Assembly: GCA_017442875.1 (NCBI GenBank)
Contig: JAFSPN010000030.1
Coordinates: 1-52,049, forward strand
DNA length: 52,049 nucleotides
Direction of reading: 5' to 3'
DNA from: Bacilli bacterium
Lineage (GTDB): Bacteria; Bacillota_I; Bacilli_A; RFN20; CAG-826
This document shows positions 18,865 through 27,752 of the stretch, one piece after another. Made by a program: the position numbers and the translations under genes. The first letter of the stretch is position 1; each line of letters opens with the position of its first letter. The notes beneath the pieces are model-generated. The model was not told where the DNA came from and made no database searches. It saw nothing but the letters and a program-made list of their open reading frames with translations.

Positions 18865-21800
18865 TTATTGGTTTGAAAATACTGTGTCAACAGGAATAGC
18901 GGCGGCATAATCACCAGTCACTTCGCTAACAGTAAATGTTGCTTTGCCATTAGGTGCTACTGCATAAACACCTTTGATAACATTACCTCCAACGGTAATT
19001 GTCATTTCTTGGTTAGCACCATTCATAGCTGTTGTGTAAGAACATTGAACGTTATCTAATTCAGCACCAGCACATGTGAAGTAGGCCTTACCACCTTCGT
19101 CAAACTTGACGCTTGCGGCGCCTAAAGCGATTGTGCCGTTTAATGTTAAATCCTTCTTGGCGTAGTAATTCAATGATGGATCGTTATCAACGTTGCTGAA
19201 GCACATTCCATCTGCACCAACATAGTAGTCTTTACCAGAACTGCTACCTTTAGTATTGTTCAAAATGGCAAATCCGTAGTATGTCTTAGTGGCATCTAAT
19301 GCGACAGTATATTTGGTCCAATCTTGACCAGCTTCTAATGTCACTTCAAGTTCTGATCTATAGCTAGCACCTTGTGTAGAACTTTCGACTTTTTGAACTT
19401 TGTAAGCCATAATTTTGACTTTTTGAGTAACATCGGCACTATAGTTCTTCAAATAGAGGGAGAAACTTGTCATACCTGTCATTGGTTTGGCGGTACCTTT
19501 ATAAAGATCCCATTGAATGTATCTCATATTGCCCCATTGGCTATTTAAGAGCTTTAAGGATTGAGAACCTTCAGCAGCGTCTTCTTTATTTAAAGCGGCA
19601 CCAGCGCCAGAACCTGTTAATGCCCAACCAGATCCACCAACTGGGGATGATGTGGATGTTCCACCTTTGTACATATCAATGTAGAATGCACCGCTTGAAC
19701 CTGAGTTCTTGGTTTCATCTTCATCACCATTCTTAATGGTTCTACCAGTTTCGGTATAAGATTCAACGTTTTCGCCACGGACGATATCAAAGCTTAAGTT
19801 GTTGAGAGCACCAGCGACTTGACCTTCGCCTGTAACTGAAACGAATGAGAGTTTATCTAAGTCTTCGGAAATTGTTGCTTTATATGTTGCGCCACCGACG
19901 ACCATTGTTAATTCATCTTCCGCAATGGTATATGTTCCGTCAAGTTTCATTGTCATACCAGGAGCAGCTAATGATACTTCTGTATCACTCTTGATTCTAA
20001 GAGTAGCGTTGATTAATCCGCCGATTTTGCCTAAATAAGCGTTACCAGGAATTAATGCTTTATCTTCAACTGGTGGCACTGGTGGAACATATGTTGCGTA
20101 TGGATTAGCGGTATAGACTTCAACATCATCGATGAATAAGTATGAAGCTGAACTTGCACCATTCTTTTCCATAAAGACTAAGAAGCCATAGTATGTAAGA
20201 GCAGGATTGAGATCGATTTCGAAGTGTGTCCATTGACCAATAGCTGCTGTTTGTGTGAATGTTTCTTGTTTGACGTAGTTGTCTTTTGTGGCGTTTCTTG
20301 GTTTTGTTTGTGAGTACATCGCAACCTTGAATGCTGGGACTTTACCATTTGTTTTGGCCCAGAAACTTAATTTGCTACCACGGAAGTTATTTTGTTCGGA
20401 TGTGCCATCGAATAAACCAAATTGCATATATCTCATGGCATTACCATTGGAATTCTTTAAGGAGAGGTAATTACTACCTGAATGGCCACCATCTTTCATA
20501 AGTGAGACTTGGTCACCATTACCGGCCATGAGAACCCAGCCGTTACCACCGAATGTTTCATATTCGTGTGAACCACCGGAATAGAATTCACCATAATAGG
20601 CACCACGAGCACCACTTCTAGCATTCATATCCATGTTGCTTTGGTAGTACATCTTGCCACTTTCTGCATATTGTTCGTAGTTGTCAACGACTTGAACAGC
20701 ATTGAGATTAACACCAGTGACTGCTGATGCTAATGCACCACCAGCTTCAACGAACTTCATGGATTGACCACCGTTCTTAAGAGCGGCTTTATAAACTAAC
20801 GTGGCACCATTATCAGCAGATGTGAATGTCATGTTCTTATTAGCATCAATTGCAACGTTACCTGGAATTTGTTGTGGTGTTTCCATATCGATAACTGTGG
20901 CTGTTGCAGTATTGTTAGCGCCTAATTCGACTTTAACGGTATGACCATCATTTAATAAGCCTGTGTACTTTGTGTATTGCCCCATTGATTCGTTTTGAGC
21001 GTTTGCTGGATTGTCTAAAGTGACAAATCTAATAGAATCTAAGAAAGCGAAATATGGTTGACCACCAATACCGTCGTCACCTTGCACATAGAATTCGATT
21101 CTAGTCAACATTGGGACAAAATCATCTTCATGGATACCAGCCATACCAGCAGCAACTGGAATTGTCTTGGTAGCTTCGCCCCATAACGCCCAACCCGGAT
21201 CGGCGATTGGAATAATATACTCAGCATATTCGCTAGTTGTTGGTTGGAATGTATATGTGAACGATGGAGTCTTCCTTCCAAGGACTGGGATATCAATTTC
21301 ACTACCAACCAAAATCACTTTAACAGTATTGATTGATGGAACTTGTAATCTGAACTTAAGAGCATTAGCACATTTTGCTAATTCGGTTGATCCGATGTCT
21401 TTTGCAAACTTATAGCCAACATTATTTTCCCAAGCATCAAATCTAAGGGCTTTTTTGCCTTCGACTGATTTGCTACCTAGTGAGACAGCGGCTTTTGTAT
21501 CTTCTGTCCATGTTTTGGTTTCGTTACTATAGCCTAAAGCTTTCCAACCAGCGTCTGCTAAATCGCCGTTGCTTGTATATGATTCGAAATCATCAATTGA
21601 TTGTTGATAGGCATAAGCGGCAAATTGAGCGGTAAATGTAGTGTCCGCAGTAATTGCTTGATTGAGATCTTTATCCCAGCCTGTGAATCTGTACTTAACA
21701 GCGTCAGCGTCGCCGTCTTTGGTTGGTGTTTCGCCTGTGTAAGATGCCTTTTGTCCTTTTTCGACTTGGCTTGTTTGCACTTCAGTACCATTAACAACAA

Positions 21801-22260
21801 ACTTAACTGTGAACTTCTGATTAGCAACATTGATTTTGAAAGTATCTGTTTTGCCTTCATAAGTGACAGTAACTGTCTTTTCACCAGCGCTTGAGAAATC
21901 AACCGTGCTAACAGTGTAACCTGTGGTAATCACTTGAGTTGTTTGATCGCTGTAATTAGCTGTGACAACCATGCCCGCTAAATCTAAAGCGGTATCAGCG
22001 GTTGTGTAGGCTGTCTTAGTTGGAGCAGTAACTTTGATAGAAACTAGTGTTACCACCGGCGCAACTGAAGAAGAAGATGGATTCGCACTACTGTCTTGAC
22101 TACTAGGTGCGGATGAATCTTCGCTTGATGGAGTAATAGAAGATGCTTCAGGTTCTGAATTTGATCCGCTTGAAGGATTAGCTTTTGGAGTACATGCACC
22201 AAAAACCATGCCTGCAGCAAGAACAAGAGAAAGTAAAGCTAATTTTTTCTTATTGTTCAT
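18865..22260 (-). CDS. Large surface lipoprotein: Ser-rich linker, Big_3 Ig-like domain, B-repeat, three CBM-like jelly-roll modules
   Basis: SD AAGGAAGG before ATG 22260; lipobox FGAC; PTKTAY...GMVVTANYSD Big_3 motif; repeated ESY/EQY...GW...MRY.Q..L units. Confidence 0.7.
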   Translation of the reverse strand: MNNKKKLALLSLVLAAGMVFGACTPKANPSSGSNSEPEASSITPSSEDSSAPSSQDSSANPSSSSVAPVVTLVSIKVTAPTKTAYTTADTALDLAGMVVTANYSDQTTQVITTGYTVSTVDFSSAGEKTVTVTYEGKTDTFKINVANQKFTVKFVVNGTEVQTSQVEKGQKASYTGETPTKDGDADAVKYRFTGWDKDLNQAITADTTFTAQFAAYAYQQSIDDFESYTSNGDLADAGWKALGYSNETKTWTEDTKAAVSLGSKSVEGKKALRFDAWENNVGYKFAKDIGSTELAKCANALKFRLQVPSINTVKVILVGSEIDIPVLGRKTPSFTYTFQPTTSEYAEYIIPIADPGWALWGEATKTIPVAAGMAGIHEDDFVPMLTRIEFYVQGDDGIGGQPYFAFLDSIRFVTLDNPANAQNESMGQYTKYTGLLNDGHTVKVELGANNTATATVIDMETPQQIPGNVAIDANKNMTFTSADNGATLVYKAALKNGGQSMKFVEAGGALASAVTGVNLNAVQVVDNYEQYAESGKMYYQSNMDMNARSGARGAYYGEFYSGGSHEYETFGGNGWVLMAGNGDQVSLMKDGGHSGSNYLSLKNSNGNAMRYMQFGLFDGTSEQNNFRGSKLSFWAKTNGKVPAFKVAMYSQTKPRNATKDNYVKQETFTQTAAIGQWTHFEIDLNPALTYYGFLVFMEKNGASSASYLFIDDVEVYTANPYATYVPPVPPVEDKALIPGNAYLGKIGGLINATLRIKSDTEVSLAAPGMTMKLDGTYTIAEDELTMVVGGATYKATISEDLDKLSFVSVTGEGQVAGALNNLSFDIVRGENVESYTETGRTIKNGDEDETKNSGSSGAFYIDMYKGGTSTSSPVGGSGWALTGSGAGAALNKEDAAEGSQSLKLLNSQWGNMRYIQWDLYKGTAKPMTGMTSFSLYLKNYSADVTQKVKIMAYKVQKVESSTQGASYRSELEVTLEAGQDWTKYTVALDATKTYYGFAILNNTKGSSSGKDYYVGADGMCFSNVDNDPSLNYYAKKDLTLNGTIALGAASVKFDEGGKAYFTCAGAELDNVQCSYTTAMNGANQEMTITVGGNVIKGVYAVAPNGKATFTVSEVTGDYAAAIPVDTVFSNQ

Positions 22261-22319
22261 AAGATTTTCCTTCCTTGCATTATGCATTATGTAAAGAGAG
22301 TTTTTCACTCTTTGACAAT

Positions 22320-22411
22320 TGCATTATAATGCACCAATAAATCATCTTAAAAGTATAAACTAATAAACTTTTCGCTGTTTTTTGTAAACATTTTAAAAAA
22401 GTTTACTAAAA
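22320..22411 (-). promoter_or_regulatory. Promoter/operator region of the main operon
   Basis: Perfect palindrome TGCATTATAATGCA (22320-22333) containing a -10 TATAAT; inverted GTAAAC-11-GTTTAC (22384-22406). Confidence 0.5.
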
Positions 22412-22520
22412 TTGATAAACAAATATCGCTAAATACGCGTATTACACGCTTTCCTCTTTAATTTTTATTAATAAAAGTACGAAAATACGAAATAAAGTTA
22501 GTAAACATTTTATTTTTTGT

Positions 22521-23519
22521 TTACTGAAGGATGGTTTTTATGACGTTTTTAAGCTCTTCGCTCATCGTTTCGTGAGCGGTGACATAAGCATGATTGGATA
22601 TCGCGGTATTATCACCATCAAACTTATGAATATATAAATTTTTATATATTGGTTTTAAATACTCATAGGCTTTTTCATAGAGGTAATACGCTGTTTCTTC
22701 TTTTAAGGTACCATACACCATTAAAATTTTAAGATCTTTATTTAGTCTCGCTTCTTCATCAATTAGCTGTTGATATTTACTAATGAATTTCTTAACAAGT
22801 TCTTCTTTTAGATTGATGTTTTCCTGGATATAAGAATTATCATTGCAGCCCAAAGAGATGATTAATAAATCACATGGCTTGTTATTGTTCCACGGGGTAC
22901 GTGTGCTAACCGCAATGTTATTTATATAGTCAATAACACCAATGTTTTTAGGGCACGTATAAGCGGAAAACACTAATCCATAGCCAGAAGCGGACACTAT
23001 TTCCATTTCCATATTTAATTCGTATAACGCTTTAAAACAAAAGTCTTTAACACTATCAGATGTATGAATAGAAGCATCGCCTTCATGACTTAAAATGCCA
23101 AATCCCGCAATTGTGGAATCGCCATATACTTTTACTTTTTTATCATACTGATAATCAAACGGAAGAATTTCTCCATCAACGGATAAATCCACTAGTTCAA
23201 AAGTATTATCATTAGCCTCATTAGCTTTAATAATATCGATATAGTGTTCACAATCATCTTTTAAAGAGCAACGATAAGGGGAATCACTAGTGATAACCTT
23301 TACTTTGTTAAAATAATTATGGTCTAAAATGATATAAAAATAGCCTTCTATAGGTTTTGATTTTAAGTTGACGATAAAACTATTGCCTTTAACTTTAAAA
23401 GAAAAGCCAGAACCACCATTATAGAAATAATAGTGATTATTTAGATAATATCTTCCTAATGGTTTGATATTTTTAAGATCCATCATTTGTGTTCTAACAT
23501 TTATATAATCAATTATCAA
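22521..23519 (-). CDS. CE2-like SGNH acetylesterase
   Basis: N-terminal beta domain, YGDS, SGYG, LGCND, C-terminal His without an adjacent Asp (CE2-type dyad). True start may be ATG 23486. Confidence 0.75.
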   Translation of the reverse strand: MIIDYINVRTQMMDLKNIKPLGRYYLNNHYYFYNGGSGFSFKVKGNSFIVNLKSKPIEGYFYIILDHNYFNKVKVITSDSPYRCSLKDDCEHYIDIIKANEANDNTFELVDLSVDGEILPFDYQYDKKVKVYGDSTIAGFGILSHEGDASIHTSDSVKDFCFKALYELNMEMEIVSASGYGLVFSAYTCPKNIGVIDYINNIAVSTRTPWNNNKPCDLLIISLGCNDNSYIQENINLKEELVKKFISKYQQLIDEEARLNKDLKILMVYGTLKEETAYYLYEKAYEYLKPIYKNLYIHKFDGDNTAISNHAYVTAHETMSEELKNVIKTILQ

Positions 23520-23580
23520 ATCAAAACGCTATTGTTTACAAATTATTATAAAAGTTTACTAAAACATTGGTATATTATGA

Positions 23581-24504
23581 ATGTGTATGAAAAACGTTAT
23601 TAAATTACTACTTTTATCCCCGATTGCTTTTACTAGTGTCGGATGTAACAAACCTGAACCAAAACCCGTAGATGTCGTTCTTATTTCTGGTCAAAGTAAC
23701 GCTGTTGGTTGCACACGTGCCAGCGCTATTAAAGATTGGCCAAACGGAACCTCTAAATTTTATGAATACTGTGAAGGCTTCCCAGATATTCAAATCGCTT
23801 TTGATTCATGGACAAAAGATGTCCAAAATGATGGGAGCCCTATCTTCTATTCGCAAAACAAATCTAAAGATGAAACGTTCTTTAAAGTCATGCTCGGACA
23901 AGGTAATTCCACTTCTAACTTTGGTCCAGAAATCGGTATTGCCGAAGAATTACACGAGAAATACGCTAATAAGTTGTTCCTCATTAAATATGCCTGTGGT
24001 GCCTCTAATTTAAAGGATGACTGGACTAAAAGAGATTCACCAATGTATGGACGCTTTATTAACTATGTTAAAAAGCAAATACAAAATCTTAAAGATATGG
24101 GTTATATCCCCACCATTAAAGCGTTCTGCTGGATGCAAGGCGAAGGCGATTCATATGATGGATACTATCAAGTTTATTACGATAATCTTAAAGAATTTGT
24201 CACCAACGTAAGAAGCGACTTAAAAGAATTATCTGGTAATGTTGATATGCCGTTTATTGACGCTGGAATTAATAATTCTCCGCAATGGCAATACTATAGG
24301 AAAGTCAACGAAGCAAAACAACAATTTGCCGAAGAAAGTCCAAACAATTTCTATATTGATACCATTGGAGCGGGGCTTCATACCAATCAAGAACCAAAGG
24401 GAGATGTTGATACCGCTCACTACGATTCAGAATCTCAACTCCTATTAGGTAAGTTGTTTGCTAGACAGTTCGAACAGTTCTTAACAAAACCAGAAGAAAA
24501 ATAA
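23581..24504 (+). CDS. Lipoprotein SASA/CE6-like O-acetylesterase
   Basis: Lipobox SVGC; GQSNA, FGPE, WMQGEGD, DTAH motifs. Confidence 0.82.
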   Translation: MCMKNVIKLLLLSPIAFTSVGCNKPEPKPVDVVLISGQSNAVGCTRASAIKDWPNGTSKFYEYCEGFPDIQIAFDSWTKDVQNDGSPIFYSQNKSKDETFFKVMLGQGNSTSNFGPEIGIAEELHEKYANKLFLIKYACGASNLKDDWTKRDSPMYGRFINYVKKQIQNLKDMGYIPTIKAFCWMQGEGDSYDGYYQVYYDNLKEFVTNVRSDLKELSGNVDMPFIDAGINNSPQWQYYRKVNEAKQQFAEESPNNFYIDTIGAGLHTNQEPKGDVDTAHYDSESQLLLGKLFARQFEQFLTKPEEK

Positions 24505-24563
24505 AATTAAAACGACCAAGTTAATAATGAACTAGTCAAGCGAAAGTAGACAGTTTAAAAAAT

Positions 24564-25370
24564 CTAATACCCCATGTCAGATTTGTACTGATGTGGGGTT
24601 TTATATTGCAATGCATATGCTGGACGTTCGTGATTGAACCAATGTATGTATGCCTTGATAAACTTGTTTATATCATCACAATGTTTTAAATCAAAATCAT
24701 AAAACATCTCATCTTTCATCCAGCCATTGATTGATTCCATAATTGGGTTATCTGTTGGAGTTCCTGCTCGAGACATTGAATGTTTCATGTTAATATTAGT
24801 TAGAAGCTCGTTATAGCTTCTGGAAGAATAAACCGAACCTTGGTCTGTGTGAAGAATGGTAACCTGGTCAGTTTGTTCTTTTTTAATTAGTTTTATTACT
24901 TCTTTAAGTCCATCATGATATGTTCTTGGATCACCCTCTCTTGAACTTAAACCATACGCAACGATTTCATTATTGAATGTATCTAGATATAACGTTAATT
25001 CATGATGAACACCTTTGTAATAGAACATTGTCATGTCTGATACGATAATTTCATATGGTCTAGATGCGTTCCAATTTCCACAGATAAGATTAGGAAATCC
25101 TATTTTTTCTTCTTTAGGTCGTCTCCATTTAATTCGAGGCGCTTGAGATTTTATTCCTGCATATTTGCAACAAACATGAACATAATTTGGTTTTAGAATT
25201 ATGCCATGTTTTCTCTTAAGAAACGCTGAGATCCATCGATATCCATGCGATTTATGCTTTTCGTGAATCTCTTGAATTAACTTAAGATTGTCTTCTCGTC
25301 TTTTAATCCATTTAGGTTTTACTATTTGACGATGCTTCCATTTGTAATATCCACTGCGATTAACATCCAT
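24564..25370 (-). CDS. IS3 transposase OrfB (DDE integrase domain), reached by -1 frameshift
   Basis: SDMT, LHTDQGSVY, DNPIMES, YIHWFNHER; the -1 frame is open from the A7 run at 25487-25493 into this ORF. Confidence 0.92.
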   Translation of the reverse strand: MDVNRSGYYKWKHRQIVKPKWIKRREDNLKLIQEIHEKHKSHGYRWISAFLKRKHGIILKPNYVHVCCKYAGIKSQAPRIKWRRPKEEKIGFPNLICGNWNASRPYEIIVSDMTMFYYKGVHHELTLYLDTFNNEIVAYGLSSREGDPRTYHDGLKEVIKLIKKEQTDQVTILHTDQGSVYSSRSYNELLTNINMKHSMSRAGTPTDNPIMESINGWMKDEMFYDFDLKHCDDINKFIKAYIHWFNHERPAYALQYKTPHQYKSDMGY

Positions 25371-25417
25371 TATTGAACATAGGAATTTAATTGGATATTT
25401 ACTAGATAAGAGTTCAA

Positions 25418-25810
25418 TTATTTCGAATTCTTTTTGTTGATAATAACGTATTCTTTTCTTCGACCAACTCCTTTCACTGAGTAACCTTTTTTTAATCGTT
25501 CACACTCAACTTCCTTTTTTGCTAGTTCAAGTCTTAATTTTTCAACTTCTGTAAGCTCTTTTTTGGTATGTAACGCTGCATACGGGTTCCCAGATCCACA
25601 TTTACCTGTTTTAGATTTTAAGCCATCAATACCATCTTTTTCATATACACGAACCCATCTTTTAAAAGGGCTCATTGCTATTCCTCGAGATTTTGCAAAT
25701 CCATCCATAGGCATATTTGTTTTTCTCCATTCAAGAACCAATCGTTCTTTTTCTTCTGGAGAACGCATAATATTTTTTCTACCAGTTTTCATAACAACCT
25801 CCTTATTCAA
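25418..25810 (-). CDS. IS3 transposase OrfA (HTH)
   Basis: HTH-like WVRVY...GLK region, coiled coil, LKKG at the slippery site; probable start MKTGRK at 25792 after SD AAGGAGG. Confidence 0.88.
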   Translation of the reverse strand: MNKEVVMKTGRKNIMRSPEEKERLVLEWRKTNMPMDGFAKSRGIAMSPFKRWVRVYEKDGIDGLKSKTGKCGSGNPYAALHTKKELTEVEKLRLELAKKEVECERLKKGYSVKGVGRRKEYVIINKKNSK

Positions 25811-25915
25811 ATCATACTAAAAGAAAAAGTAGACCGCACTTTTTTACGTGTCTACTTTTATCTTACCGGTTCAGTTAATAACCGGTCGTTTTTTGTTGCC
25901 TAAATTTGGATTATC

Positions 25916-26596
25916 TTAGATAACACCACATGGTATTAAGACCGCTAATAAGATAGCGACAAGGCCCCATTCAGCAATCAAGAAAATATTTCTTGTTTTT
26001 GGCTTCATATCTGGAACGTAATTACTAGCTAAGAAGAACGGGATATAGGTGGTAAAGAATACTGGAATAACACCCCACCATGGATAAACCCAAATAAATG
26101 AACCATTAATCGTGCCAGCTAAGAAGGATTCAAATAAAGCGAATAATAAGGCCATCTCAATAGCGACCATCAGTTTGCAACTAATACCTTTGAACTTGCC
26201 TCTAGCAAAATATCTCTTTGTTCTATCTTGTGGCATCATCTTAAATGAGATAATACCCGCTAAAGAGAACATCATGGATAATTCCCAAGAAACACCCACT
26301 AAGAGGATGAATGTTGTGGAATTATTGCTGACTGCCCATAAAGGCGCACCACTAGCTTTACCAATGATTGCGTTAGCGATTTCATAAAGCCAGTGCACAC
26401 CATATAGGGCTAAACCTGCTTGTACCGCGGGATAGTTCTTTTTATGGATTTCTGACCAATAAACATAGAAGACAACCGCTAAGATAAAAATGAAAGTCCA
26501 GTTGAAATTACCAGTATCTCTAACTTTTATTAAATCAACAAGACTTTGGTTATCGGGGTTACCCCAAAACTTAAAACCAACACTAGAAAATGTCAT
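25916..26596 (-). CDS. Hypothetical polytopic membrane protein
   Basis: About 6 TM, Trp-rich; SD GAGGT and TATAAT upstream. Confidence 0.7.
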   Translation of the reverse strand: MTFSSVGFKFWGNPDNQSLVDLIKVRDTGNFNWTFIFILAVVFYVYWSEIHKKNYPAVQAGLALYGVHWLYEIANAIIGKASGAPLWAVSNNSTTFILLVGVSWELSMMFSLAGIISFKMMPQDRTKRYFARGKFKGISCKLMVAIEMALLFALFESFLAGTINGSFIWVYPWWGVIPVFFTTYIPFFLASNYVPDMKPKTRNIFLIAEWGLVAILLAVLIPCGVI

Positions 26597-26645
26597 ATGC
26601 TTATACCTCTACCTATAATTATACATAACATAGTAGAGCATAACG

Positions 26646-27569
26646 CTATCTTAATGGCCTGTAGCATTTTTCCTTTAGGAAATTAACTATTTCTGCTTTT
26701 TCATCGTTCTCATAATAATGAATAAGCAGTTTCTTATATTCGTCCACTCTTTCTGCAGGAATGACAATTAGACCAGCGGCGTTTTTAATCAAAATATGGT
26801 TAGCAAAAATAACTGCTGTTCGTTTATTTCCGTCTAAAAAGAGCTGCTTTTTCTTAACATATAGTAACGCTTCGATCGCTCTATCCAAAGGAGCTTGATC
26901 AGATTCGGCAATATTCCTAATATCTTCTCTGACTTGATCTTCGAATGGTAAAGGTGGAATATATGAGCTGCCTCCGATAGTGACAGGAATATTTCTAATC
27001 CTTCCAGCATTAAAAGATAAGCCTTCTTCCACTATAGCGTTTATCTGAGACACAATTGCATAATTGCTTGGATATTGAATAACTCCAGGAGAAAGAACGA
27101 ACTCCCACGCATGTTTAAGATTGACGACTTTTTGAACATCTTCTGCAGTCATATCATTTACTCTGCCACCATTAACAAGCGTCTCGGTATCTGAATATGT
27201 TGTAGCGACGCCTTCTAACATCGCTTGTTTATAAATAGAATCAACCAAGTTTCTTCTAGCCAAATCAATGTTGGTCGCGACATCACCATCAATCCCTTCC
27301 TCAACATAATTACCTTTGCCTAATTCTTTCTTGATTTCTCTAAGGCGCTTTTTATATGCTCTGGCGGTATTGTTGTTTTCAACAATTAATTCATATAGTT
27401 CTTTTGAATATTCACCAACATATTTACTACATTGTCTGCCTTGGTCTCTAAAGTGGACATATATTAACTTTTTGCCGTTTTGTTCTCTAATTTCGATAGA
27501 GCCAAAAATTAGTTTCTCTAATCTAGCCTCAATAACTTTTTTTTCTTCTAATATTTTTGCAATTTCCAT
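26646..27569 (-). CDS. Fic/Doc family protein with degenerate motif and N-terminal extra domain
   Basis: KQLFLDGNKRTA in place of HPFxDGNGR; SD GGAGGT. Confidence 0.85.
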   Translation of the reverse strand: MEIAKILEEKKVIEARLEKLIFGSIEIREQNGKKLIYVHFRDQGRQCSKYVGEYSKELYELIVENNNTARAYKKRLREIKKELGKGNYVEEGIDGDVATNIDLARRNLVDSIYKQAMLEGVATTYSDTETLVNGGRVNDMTAEDVQKVVNLKHAWEFVLSPGVIQYPSNYAIVSQINAIVEEGLSFNAGRIRNIPVTIGGSSYIPPLPFEDQVREDIRNIAESDQAPLDRAIEALLYVKKKQLFLDGNKRTAVIFANHILIKNAAGLIVIPAERVDEYKKLLIHYYENDEKAEIVNFLKEKCYRPLR

Positions 27570-27729
27570 GTGAAACCTCCATGTGAAACATTTCTGCTAT
27601 TATTGTAGCATTTTGTTTCACATTTTTTCAATATCTTTGTGTGAAACTTTTTATAGTAAAAAGACATATTTTGTTTCACATTTATATGTCAAAAGGCATG
27701 TTCGCATCACATAATGTATTATGTTTCAC
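27568..27729. repeat. Six copies of the (T)GTGAAAC(A) motif in both orientations; candidate operator array
   Basis: Copies at 27568, 27581 and 27640 (forward) and 27614, 27672 and 27722 (reverse). Confidence 0.7.
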
Positions 27730-27752
27730 TTCTTTTACTTATAATTTATAAC

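Larger units (their letters stand above)
24528..25873 (-). mobile_element. Complete IS3-family (IS150-group-like) insertion sequence, 1346 bp
   Basis: Imperfect IRs TGAACTAGTCAAGCGAAAGTAGACA and TGAACCGGTAAGATAAAAGTAGACA (TG...CA ends); flanking direct repeat GTTAATAA; orfA/orfB. Confidence 0.92.

Noticed and set aside
27568-27729. GTGAAAC repeats as a mini-CRISPR or iteron set
   Set aside because: Units are only 7-10 bp, in mixed orientation and irregularly spaced; no cas or rep gene nearby.
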